The notes under the pieces: generated by a model
What the model was told of the DNA's origin: nothing
The model's input: only the letters and a program-made list of their open reading frames with translations
Database searches by the model: none
Source: Phycisphaeraceae bacterium
GTDB taxonomy: Bacteria; Planctomycetota; Phycisphaerae; Phycisphaerales; SM1A02
Assembly (NCBI GenBank): GCA_040380385.1
Contig: JBEIJG010000001.1
Coordinates: forward strand, 1-41,471
Direction of reading: 5' to 3'
DNA length: 41,471 nucleotides
Program-made: the position numbers and the translations under genes
Part shown: one piece after another, positions 33,891-41,471 of the stretch
Layout of the letters: every line of letters begins with the position of its first letter
How positions within the stretch are numbered: the stretch's first letter is position 1

Positions 33891-34781
33891 ATGCTCGCAC
33901 GAAGGATGGATAAACAATCGATGGACCGGTTCGAGTCGAGTCCAAACACTGCCGCGCGCGGTGCGCGGAACTTGCCGGAGCTGAAACGGTTTGCCACAGA
34001 ATCCGAGAAAGCAGCCTTGCGCGCGGAAACTTCCCACGTACCGTGGGCCCGCTTGGTTGAGCAAGGAACCGCTCTCAGCGTCCGCATGGCTGCGAACGCG
34101 CACCCCGAACCCTCCGCGGCTGGCCACGTGCCGGCGTGCCGGGAGGTCGTCTCACTTGAGGTAGGTCCCGAGGAACGCGACGACAGTGTCGCGGTCGATC
34201 GCGCAGAGCGCGCTCGGATCGTCGGTGAGCTCTACCAAGCGAATTATCACCGTGTGTATTGCTTCGCCCGCAAGTCCGTCGGCGAGGACGAGGCGGAAGA
34301 GATCGCCCACGAAGCGTTCTGCCGTTTGCTTCGAGTCAGAAATTTGGAAAGGATGTTGATTAGTACCGCTTATCTCCTTCGTATCGCAGAGAACCTCATT
34401 CGTCGGAAGTACGAACGGTCGCAGCGGTACCGCGTGATTCTCGAACGCTCAGGCATGGTGGTGTCGGATGGTTCGGAGGATCGTTGCGCCTCTCGGATGC
34501 TTGGTGGCTCCGCGGGGGCGCAGGGGGCAGTCTTCGGTGATGACACCGATCGCTTGCAAGCGGTGCTGCGACAGTTGACCGACGAAGAGCAAACTGCGGT
34601 TCGGCTGATCGTCTGTGAAGGTCTGGACTACCAGGCGGCAGCCCGTTCTCTCGGCGTACCCGTCTCGACCATCAACAACTGGAAGTACCGTGGCCTCTCA
34701 AAACTCCGAAGACTCATCGAACCAGCTCCTGAACAACAATGCGCCGTTCAGTTTCCCCGTCGCACGGCAGCGGCAGGCTGA
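33891..34781 (+). CDS. ECF (sigma-70 family) sigma factor
   Basis: The region 2-like segment is IVGELYQANYHRVYCFARKSVGEDEAEEIAHEAFCRLL...AYLLRIAENLIRRKY. The region 4 segment is LTDEEQTAVRLIVCEGLDYQAAARSLGVPVSTINNWKYRGLSKL. AGGAG lies 8 nt upstream of the ATG at 33891. An alternative ATG at 34086 is closer to the sigma core. Confidence 0.75.
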   Translation: MLARRMDKQSMDRFESSPNTAARGARNLPELKRFATESEKAALRAETSHVPWARLVEQGTALSVRMAANAHPEPSAAGHVPACREVVSLEVGPEERDDSVAVDRAERARIVGELYQANYHRVYCFARKSVGEDEAEEIAHEAFCRLLRVRNLERMLISTAYLLRIAENLIRRKYERSQRYRVILERSGMVVSDGSEDRCASRMLGGSAGAQGAVFGDDTDRLQAVLRQLTDEEQTAVRLIVCEGLDYQAAARSLGVPVSTINNWKYRGLSKLRRLIEPAPEQQCAVQFPRRTAAAG

Positions 34782-34854
34782 TCCGGCACCAAAAGCTTCA
34801 CATTCCACACTTTTGACAGAAGCGCGTGAGTCCAAGGCGAATGTTCGCGAACGC

Positions 34855-35022
34855 ATGAAGTTCCGACTCGCCCAACTGACTGGTGCTGAAGTGTGTGAGC
34901 CCCGCAAATTGCCAATCACCCCAGTCTCAGGGGCCGCGATCCAAGCAATCGGGAACCCACTCGACGCGTTCCTCCTCGAAGAACTGGGACGCTGCGTCGG
35001 AAACTGCTCGCACAACCACTGA
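34855..35022 (+). CDS. Small hypothetical ORF (55 aa) co-transcribed with the ECF sigma
   Basis: The ORF lies between the sigma stop and a strong terminator and has reasonable third-position GC. No family was recognised. Confidence 0.3.
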   Translation: MKFRLAQLTGAEVCEPRKLPITPVSGAAIQAIGNPLDAFLLEELGRCVGNCSHNH

Positions 35023-35047
35023 TCAAACGCTTCAACTCAATCAATCG

Positions 35048-35081
35048 ACTCCGGTGGGCCTCGCCCGCCGGAGTTCTTTTT
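35048..35081 (+). terminator. Rho-independent terminator
   Basis: actccggtgggc-ctc-gcccgccggagt (12-bp stem with one G-U pair) followed by tcttttt. Confidence 0.85.
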
Positions 35082-35115
35082 CGAGCGTGCCGTTCCCCGT
35101 ACCATCACGGGCCCG

Positions 35116-37029
35116 ATGGAGCGCCCCCAACAGCAATCTCACACGCAATCTCATGCGCAAAGCAGCGAGAACACGCTCGGTCCGATCGTCGGCATCGATC
35201 TCGGCACCACGAATTCGCTCGTCGCGATTTTGACAGAGGCGGGTCCACGTGTGCTCGGAAGCGCGCCGCAGGGTGACATCGTTCCTTCGGTGGTGCGTTA
35301 CGTGGTGAATGGCGGCGGGGTGAATGGCGGCGGGGCACGGGCCGAAGCCGTAGGCAGCGTCGCGCGCGCATCCCAGTCGTTGTACCCCTCGCGAACGATT
35401 CTCAGTGCGAAGCGCTTGCTCGGGCGGTCGGCCGCCGAGACGCGAACATTTTCGTTGGGATTCTCGCTGCCGCTTGCGGAAGGCCCGCGCGGCATCGCGG
35501 CACTCGAAGTCGATGGCGTCATCGTCACGCCGCAACAAGTCGCGGCTGATGTCCTGCGCGAACTTCGCCGCGTTGCGGAACTCGATCTCGGTTGCGCGGT
35601 CCGCCGCGCGGTGATCACCGTTCCGGCCTACTTCGACGATGCGCAACGGCAGGCGACCCGCGACGCCGCTCGTCTCGCGGGGCTCGACGCGGTTCGCATC
35701 GTGAATGAGCCAACCGCAGCAGCGCTCGCCTACGGACTCGGCCAATCGCGGCGAAACGAACGTATCGCGGTCTACGACCTCGGTGGCGGGACCTTCGATG
35801 TCACGATTCTCGACATTGTTCCGGGTGAATCGATCGGGGCAGGCGCCGATTGCTTTCAAGTTCTCGCGACGGCCGGCGATACCGCGCTCGGTGGCGACGA
35901 CATCGATCGCGCGATCGTGGGCTGGTGGATCGCTTCGGGTCGTGTTGCACCCGCGACGGCTGCAGAGCGCGCCGAACTCGTCGCGGCCGCTGAACGCGCG
36001 AAAGTTGCGCTCGCCGATCGTGCGTCGGTCGTTGAACGCGCCTCGTGTGGCGGCAGCGTCATTGAACTCACGCTGACCGCCGAAGAACTTGCCAGCGCAG
36101 CGGCACCCTTCGTCGAGCGAACACTTGCAGCCTGTCGTCGCGCGTTGCAGGACGCTCAAACTTCCGTGGGCGAAATTGATCGCGTGGTCCTCGTCGGTGG
36201 TTCGACGCGCTTGGCGTCGGTGCGTGCCGCGGTCGCGCGCTTCTTTGAGAAAGAGCCCTATGCAGCGCTCGACCCCGATCGCGTCGTCGCGCTTGGTGCG
36301 GCGGTGCAAGCGGCGATTGTCGGCGGAAATCGCAAGGATTTGCTGCTCCTCGACGTCATTCCGCTCTCGCTCGGCATCGAGACCGTGGGTGGCGCGATGG
36401 CGAAACTCATCATGCGGAACAGCCCGATTCCGTCGAAAGCGCACGAGCATTTCTCGACCTCGAAGGACGGGCAGACGAACGTACGGATTCACGTCTTGCA
36501 AGGCGAGCGCGAGCTGGCACAGCACTGTCGATCGCTTGGCATGTTTGATTTGCGCGGTATTCCGCCGATGCCTGCAGGTATCCCGCAAATCGATGTCGCG
36601 TTCACGGTTGATCAGAACGGCGTTCTGTCAGTTCGCGCGATTGAGAAGCGCAGCGGGCGAGAAGCATCCATTCAAGTGGTTCCGAGTTACGGGCTTTCTT
36701 CCGATGAAGTCGAACGGATGGAGCGTGAAAGCGTTGAACACGCGCGCGATGACATGACGGTGCATCGCGTGATCGACTTGCGTGTGCACTCAGAACTTGA
36801 TTTGAAGTGGATCGGAGAAGCGCTTGCGCGCGTGCGGCTTGCACTCGAGCCGAGTTATGTCGCGGAGCTCGAGAGGGCGATGGCGGAGGTTCGTGGGTTG
36901 TGCGAATCGGCTGCGCGCGACCCGCGCTCGGTCGATGCCAACAAGTTTCACCAAGCGAAGCAAGCACTTGACGTTCTCTCAATGCGCGTCCACGAGGTTT
37001 CGATCACGGATTCCTTGCGGAAGTCTTGA
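35116..37029 (+). CDS. hscA: Hsp70-family chaperone, HscA-like
   Basis: [52 protein letters not shown] and [15 protein letters not shown] are present. The substrate-binding region [31 protein letters not shown]...IQVVPSYGL resembles HscA more than DnaK. Confidence 0.8.
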   Translation: MERPQQQSHTQSHAQSSENTLGPIVGIDLGTTNSLVAILTEAGPRVLGSAPQGDIVPSVVRYVVNGGGVNGGGARAEAVGSVARASQSLYPSRTILSAKRLLGRSAAETRTFSLGFSLPLAEGPRGIAALEVDGVIVTPQQVAADVLRELRRVAELDLGCAVRRAVITVPAYFDDAQRQATRDAARLAGLDAVRIVNEPTAAALAYGLGQSRRNERIAVYDLGGGTFDVTILDIVPGESIGAGADCFQVLATAGDTALGGDDIDRAIVGWWIASGRVAPATAAERAELVAAAERAKVALADRASVVERASCGGSVIELTLTAEELASAAAPFVERTLAACRRALQDAQTSVGEIDRVVLVGGSTRLASVRAAVARFFEKEPYAALDPDRVVALGAAVQAAIVGGNRKDLLLLDVIPLSLGIETVGGAMAKLIMRNSPIPSKAHEHFSTSKDGQTNVRIHVLQGERELAQHCRSLGMFDLRGIPPMPAGIPQIDVAFTVDQNGVLSVRAIEKRSGREASIQVVPSYGLSSDEVERMERESVEHARDDMTVHRVIDLRVHSELDLKWIGEALARVRLALEPSYVAELERAMAEVRGLCESAARDPRSVDANKFHQAKQALDVLSMRVHEVSITDSLRKS

Positions 37030-37141
37030 CGATTGCGCACCTCTTGTGAGCGAGAAACTCCGCAAAATGGCCGAGTTACACGCTGTTTGCGCGCGGGGCG
37101 TTGGCCGATGAGCCAGCGCTTCCTATGCCCCAGTTGGGGCG

Positions 37142-37813
37142 ATGTACGGCGAGTGGTACGATTCGTGCATGGATCTTGATCGCACCACGACTGCTCTTCT
37201 CGCCGGGCTCTTTGATCCGCGGAACGCCGCGGCGTGGGAAGCGTTTGATCGCCGCTATCGGCCGATTCTCCTTGGGTTCGCTCGCAACTGCGGTCTGAAG
37301 GACGAGGCCGCGAATGAGATCGCGCAAGAGACGATCGTGCGTTTCGTCGAAGAGTATCGCGAGGGAAAGTACGACCGTTCGCGTGGGCGGCTTGGAGCGT
37401 GGCTCGTGACGATCGCGCGTTACCGCATGATCGATCAACAGCGCCGACGCGGAGTCGCGAAGGTCGAGCGCGGCGAGAGCGCGATGATTGACCTTGATGA
37501 TGAAAAGAGCGTTTCGGCCGCGTACGAAGCGGAACGCCGCCGCGCGGTCTTGCGTGAGGCACTCGAAGAACTCGCGACCAAAACGAAGACCGATCCGAAG
37601 ACGATTCGCGCCTTCGAGATGCTTGTCTATCACGGATTGAGCCCCGCGCAGGTTGCGGAAGATCTCGGAATGTCTACGCATGACGTCTATCTCGCGAAGA
37701 GCCGCATCGCTGCAAAACTTCGTGAAATCGTCGAGCGACTTGAGGCGGAGTTCGAAGAGTCACCGGGCGATTGGGGCGCGGGCGGTCGCCCGAGTGCGAG
37801 GCTTGACGCGTGA
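37142..37813 (+). CDS. ECF sigma factor (kinase-associated type)
   Basis: TTALLAGLFDPRNAAAWEAFDRRYRPILLGFARNCGLKDEAANEIAQETIVRF, WLVTIARYRMIDQQRRR and the region 4 segment IRAFEMLVYHGLSPAQVAEDLGMSTHDVYLAKSRIAAKL are present. The stop overlaps the start of the kinase gene. Confidence 0.85.
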   Translation: MYGEWYDSCMDLDRTTTALLAGLFDPRNAAAWEAFDRRYRPILLGFARNCGLKDEAANEIAQETIVRFVEEYREGKYDRSRGRLGAWLVTIARYRMIDQQRRRGVAKVERGESAMIDLDDEKSVSAAYEAERRRAVLREALEELATKTKTDPKTIRAFEMLVYHGLSPAQVAEDLGMSTHDVYLAKSRIAAKLREIVERLEAEFEESPGDWGAGGRPSARLDA

Positions 37814-40077
37814 ACGAGCGTGACGAACCGATTCGCGATGACGAGATAAGTACGCGCGGCGGTGACGTGACGCGAAGTGGAATCGATGCGGCTGGTTGTG
37901 GCCGATTTTCGCTTGATTTGCTGGAACTCGCGGCGCTGGCGAAACGCGAGCGCGAGATCGAGATCGATCCACAACTTGAGCTGCATCTCGTGACGTGCAA
38001 ACTCTGCGCGCGCGCCGTCGATCAGTTTGATCGAAACAACACGTTTCTCCATGGAGCGTTTCTTGAGGAGATTGCGTCGGTCGCGGCAGCGCGATCGGCG
38101 ACTTCGGAGTCGAATCGTCGCGATGCGGAGGCGAAGGCGACAGACGAGTTTGACGGTCCGATCCGAGGCTATCGACTTGGACCCGAACTTCATCGCGGTG
38201 GACAAGGCGCGGTCTATCAGGCGGAGCAAATCGCGACGCGTCGCGCGTGTGCAGTGAAGATGCTGCTTGGTGGGCGTTTTGCTGGAGAAAAGCAACGTTT
38301 TCGCTTCGAGCGCGAGGTCGAAGTTGTTGCGCATCTTCGGCATCCGGGCATCGTCACGCTCTATGAGTCGGGGTTGACGCGATCGGGTGAACCGTGGTTC
38401 GCAATGGAACTCGTTGAGGGCGCGCGGTTCGATGAGTTTGTGCGGAGCCACGAGCAATCGTCGCGTCAGTTGGTTGAACTCTTTCGCCACGTCGCGGAAG
38501 CGGTCGCGTACGCGCATCGACGCGGCGTGATTCATCGCGACCTGAAGCCAGGCAACGTGCTTGTGGATCGCGAAGGTGTGCCACGCATCCTCGACTTCGG
38601 TCTTGCGCGCATCGCGGAGCCTTCGCGTGAGGGAGGCGACGCGGCGGCGGCCGAAGGAAGCGGCGGCGCGACGATGGCAGGCGAGTTTCTCGGCACATTT
38701 GCGTATGCCGCACCCGAGCAACTCGCCGGCGATCCTGCAGGGATCGATTCTCGTTGCGATCTCTACGCGCTTGGCGTCATGTTGTACGAGTGCCTGTGTG
38801 GCCGCCGGCCCTTCGAGGGCGCGCGCTCGATTGCGGAACTCGTGGTACAGAAAACAATGTCAGATCCGCCGAGGCCGCGGACGATTCTTGCGTCGGTCGA
38901 CGCAGACCTCGAAGTGATTGCGCTGCGACTTCTCGCGGCGGATCCCGCGCGTCGCTACGACACCGCGGATGCGCTGGTGGAAGATCTGACGAGGTTTCTC
39001 GATGGGCGGCCGATTCTCGCGCGCGACGATAGTTTCGCGTACGTCGTGCGAAAGAACTTGCGTCGACATTGGATTCCTACGACCGCCGCGGCTGCGCTCT
39101 TCATCACGATCATCGTCGCGAGTGTTTCGCTCTTCATCGCGTATCAAAATGCTGAGCGAGAGCGCATTCGAAGCGAACGGACGCTTGCGAGTTTCCAAAA
39201 GGCGCTCGGCTCTGCGAATCCCGAAACGGGCGCGGGCTCGAGCTCGATGGGAATCGATGATTTCCTCGGGCTTGTCGAACAACAGGTGAGCACGGAACTG
39301 GTCGACGAGCCCTATCAACTCGCGGGTGTACTTCGAACGCTTGGGTTGATTCACCTCGGTTTCGACGACGCAACGCGTGCACGATCAGCGATCGAGGAAG
39401 CGCATCGCGTACAAGCGGATGGATTCAAGCGTGGTGAAGTGACCGCGGCGCAGTTCGCGGAAACGGAGTTTGCGCTCGCGCGCGTCCAGTTCAATTTGCA
39501 AGAGTTTGCGCTCGCCGAGGCGACGTATCGTCGAGCGCTGGCGTTGCGCGAGAGGGCACTCGGGCGCGAAGACGTCGATACGGTTGAAACGATGCGGCAT
39601 CTCGCAAGCGCGCTTCGCGCACAGCAGCGGCTTGATGAGTCGCAGGCGATGTTAGAAGACGCGATTGGCCGAAGCGCGGCGTTTCCAGACACGAACGCGG
39701 CGAACGTCATTCGAGTTGGGCTCTTGCATGGGCGTGCGACGCTTCTCGCGGCGCGCGAGGACGTTGTGGCAGCTGTGGCCCAGTACGAGCAGGCGTTGAA
39801 CGCGTTGATTGAGATCGTGCCCCGCGACGATTGGCGTGTTGGTCGTACGCGCTACAACCTCGCACGAGTGCAAATGCGCACGGGTGATCTCAAGCGCGCT
39901 TTCGAAAACGCGCGGGAGTCGGAGAAGATTCTGAGCGAAAAGAAGGGCGCCGACGCAACGATGACGCGTGAGTCCGCGTCGCTTCTCGCTGCAATTCGAG
40001 CGATGGCTGCGCAATCAGGCGTTTCACTCGAGGAGAGTGCGTCGCTCAAATCAGGCGACAAAGGACCAAGCGAATAG
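37810..40077 (+). CDS. Ser/Thr protein kinase with N-terminal ZAS-like anti-sigma segment, one TM helix and a C-terminal TPR domain
   Basis: HLVTCKLC is an HxxxCxxC motif (37984-38013). The kinase motifs are GGQGAVY, CAVKML, HRDLKPGNVLV, DFGLAR and AAPEQL. The TM helix is TTAAAALFITIIVASVSLFIAY. TPR-like repeats run to the end. The GTG at 37810 overlaps the sigma TGA. Confidence 0.85.
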   Translation: MNERDEPIRDDEISTRGGDVTRSGIDAAGCGRFSLDLLELAALAKREREIEIDPQLELHLVTCKLCARAVDQFDRNNTFLHGAFLEEIASVAAARSATSESNRRDAEAKATDEFDGPIRGYRLGPELHRGGQGAVYQAEQIATRRACAVKMLLGGRFAGEKQRFRFEREVEVVAHLRHPGIVTLYESGLTRSGEPWFAMELVEGARFDEFVRSHEQSSRQLVELFRHVAEAVAYAHRRGVIHRDLKPGNVLVDREGVPRILDFGLARIAEPSREGGDAAAAEGSGGATMAGEFLGTFAYAAPEQLAGDPAGIDSRCDLYALGVMLYECLCGRRPFEGARSIAELVVQKTMSDPPRPRTILASVDADLEVIALRLLAADPARRYDTADALVEDLTRFLDGRPILARDDSFAYVVRKNLRRHWIPTTAAAALFITIIVASVSLFIAYQNAERERIRSERTLASFQKALGSANPETGAGSSSMGIDDFLGLVEQQVSTELVDEPYQLAGVLRTLGLIHLGFDDATRARSAIEEAHRVQADGFKRGEVTAAQFAETEFALARVQFNLQEFALAEATYRRALALRERALGREDVDTVETMRHLASALRAQQRLDESQAMLEDAIGRSAAFPDTNAANVIRVGLLHGRATLLAAREDVVAAVAQYEQALNALIEIVPRDDWRVGRTRYNLARVQMRTGDLKRAFENARESEKILSEKKGADATMTRESASLLAAIRAMAAQSGVSLEESASLKSGDKGPSE

Positions 40078-40131
40078 AGACCTATCGAAACGAAACCCGG
40101 CGAAGCGACGCCGGAGAAACGACTCCTGCGG

Positions 40132-40890
40132 TCAACGACGGCGGCGGTTGATGAGTCCCGCAAGGCCGAGGATCGCGAGTGCGCCCGGCGCTGGGACGTT
40201 GACGCCACTGAAACCTTCGACACGAATGGAGTAGGCGCCACCTTCAGGTTGGCCAGTCACGCTCCAGCCTGCGAGATCTCGGCCTTCGCCGTAGCGAATC
40301 TGGCCAGGCACGTTGAGGGCGCCCCAAATCGGGTCGCCGCCTGACGTGAAAGGGTTTGTTCCGAACGCGCTGATTGCGATGAAGTAGAGACCAGGTGCGG
40401 ACACAACGAACCCTGAGCCGTCCGTTGCAGCGGGCCCAATGAGCGAGCCTGTGTTGCCGTCATCGGCGTCGTTGTTGGCGAGCAAGCCGCCGGCTTTCGG
40501 ATCACCAGGCACTCCGCCCGCTTTGAAGAGGAAGAGCTGCGAGTCAAACGCCGCATCGCCGCCGAACGAGCCGCCCGCGGTCGAGATCCTCAGGATGCCC
40601 GGGTTCTCCAAGCGAATGAGATACATGTCGACGAAGTCGACTGGGCCGAGCAGGGGGCCGCCGCCGAGTGTGCCGGAGATGGTGAGCACTGGACCGCCGG
40701 TCGAGATCAACTGTGCGGATGCGGCAGAGTCTTTCGCATCGTTGATCAAGTCACCTTCCCACGATGGGCCGAACGCAAGCGCAGGCGCCGCAGCAGACAT
40801 CGCGAGTGCGGTGAGCATGAGCGACGTGAGACGCGAAGAAGCGGGCGACGAACGAAGAGCGGCGAGCGCCGAGGAGCGAGGAGTCAGCAT
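40132..40890 (-). CDS. Secreted hypothetical protein with C-terminal PEP-CTERM sorting signal
   Basis: The ATG at 40890 gives MLTPRSSALAALRSSPASSRLTSLMLTALAMSAAAPALA. The C-terminus is VPAPGALAILGLAGLINRRRR. Confidence 0.75.
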   Translation of the reverse strand: MLTPRSSALAALRSSPASSRLTSLMLTALAMSAAAPALAFGPSWEGDLINDAKDSAASAQLISTGGPVLTISGTLGGGPLLGPVDFVDMYLIRLENPGILRISTAGGSFGGDAAFDSQLFLFKAGGVPGDPKAGGLLANNDADDGNTGSLIGPAATDGSGFVVSAPGLYFIAISAFGTNPFTSGGDPIWGALNVPGQIRYGEGRDLAGWSVTGQPEGGAYSIRVEGFSGVNVPAPGALAILGLAGLINRRRR

Positions 40891-41471
40891 GGGAGGGACC
40901 AAGAGAGAGGAGCGATGAGCATTCGACGCGCGTCGGCGCAACATTGGACGGTGTTGCGCGTGGCAGGGCGAGAGGGGATCGCCCATCGAAACTCGGACGT
41001 CAGCAGTATGACCGCGGTCGGCTGAGATCCAAATATTTTCTCCGTGAGAATTCGTTGCACTTCCTTGGGGGCTGTGGCTTGAGGCCCTATAGTGTCCGTT
41101 CTGTCACCGCCTGTCGCGCATCGAGTGAGCGACGGCGCTCCGGCAGATCCCGCACCGGCCAAGCCGAAGGTAGGGTGGCGTCGCCGACCCCGATCTTGAT
41201 TGAGGCCCTGACCCTGACCTCGGCACGGATCCCGTCACGGATCGCGATGCGGTACCGACCGAGGATCCAAACAACGCGCCGTAGTACACACCAATGTTCG
41301 GCCGATCGCCGAACACTTTGACCGACACGATGCGTTGGTCACCTCCACGTTTGTCTTCACTTCATCGATGGGAGTCACCCTCCATCGACCTCGCTTGAGA
41401 CGCCAGCCCCGCGAAAGGACGCACAAGACTTCGATGTCGCAGGTTCTTCCTCCTTCTACTCCAATGACTGC

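Noticed and set aside
35041-36588. 515-aa minus-strand ORF
   Set aside because: It is antisense to the Hsp70 gene. It spans the + strand terminator and has an Arg-rich translation.
37687-38721. 344-aa minus-strand ORF
   Set aside because: It is antisense to the sigma/kinase junction and the kinase domain, and no motifs were recognised.
40078-40131. Terminator between the convergent kinase and PEP-CTERM genes
   Set aside because: There is only a 6-bp stem (ccggcg/cgccgg) with no T-tract on either strand, which is too weak to call.
40891-41471. ORFs at the right edge (40944..41321 +, 41104..41328 -)
   Set aside because: The translations are Arg/Ser-rich and low-complexity. No motifs, start signals or codon bias were seen, and the region is truncated by the window end.

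Overview
GC-rich bacterial chromosomal segment. No rRNA, tRNA, CRISPR array, transposase or prophage gene was recognised. The gene content suggests a Planctomycetota-like organism; this is an inference, not a search result. That content includes PEP-CTERM cargo proteins at both ends, a DUF1559/H-X9-DG-type domain, ECF sigma modules, dockerin-tailed and FG-GAP secreted proteins, and hpnH.

Gene order:
- PEP-CTERM protein and a dockerin-tailed secreted protein.
- Flagellar filament block flgL-fliW-csrA-flagellin-flagellin.
- A poorly coding stretch followed by a solitary N6-adenine DNA methyltransferase.
- rpmI-rplT.
- ECF sigma with an anti-sigma::DUF1559 fusion, divergent from hpnH.
- RdgC-like gene, then rhomboid-trpF and citrate synthase.
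- FG-GAP protein, divergent from a PDZ-less trypsin-like protease and a secreted protein.
- Alpha/beta hydrolase.
- pheT-cyclodeaminase-Zn-ribbon operon.
- Two tandem lipoproteins.
- ECF sigma plus a small ORF, then an HscA-like Hsp70.
- ECF sigma translationally coupled to a ZAS-Ser/Thr-kinase-TPR protein.
- A second PEP-CTERM protein.

The most unusual signals are non-genic. Almost every promoter-containing intergenic region carries its own short tandem or phased direct-repeat array, with periods of 11, 12, 13, 15, 21 and about 23 bp. One locus has two 11-bp iteron-like arrays flanking a TTGACT hexamer. The two signalling fusions (anti-sigma::DUF1559 and ZAS::STK::TPR) are also notable. All functional calls come from motif recognition by eye in the supplied translations; no database search was run.
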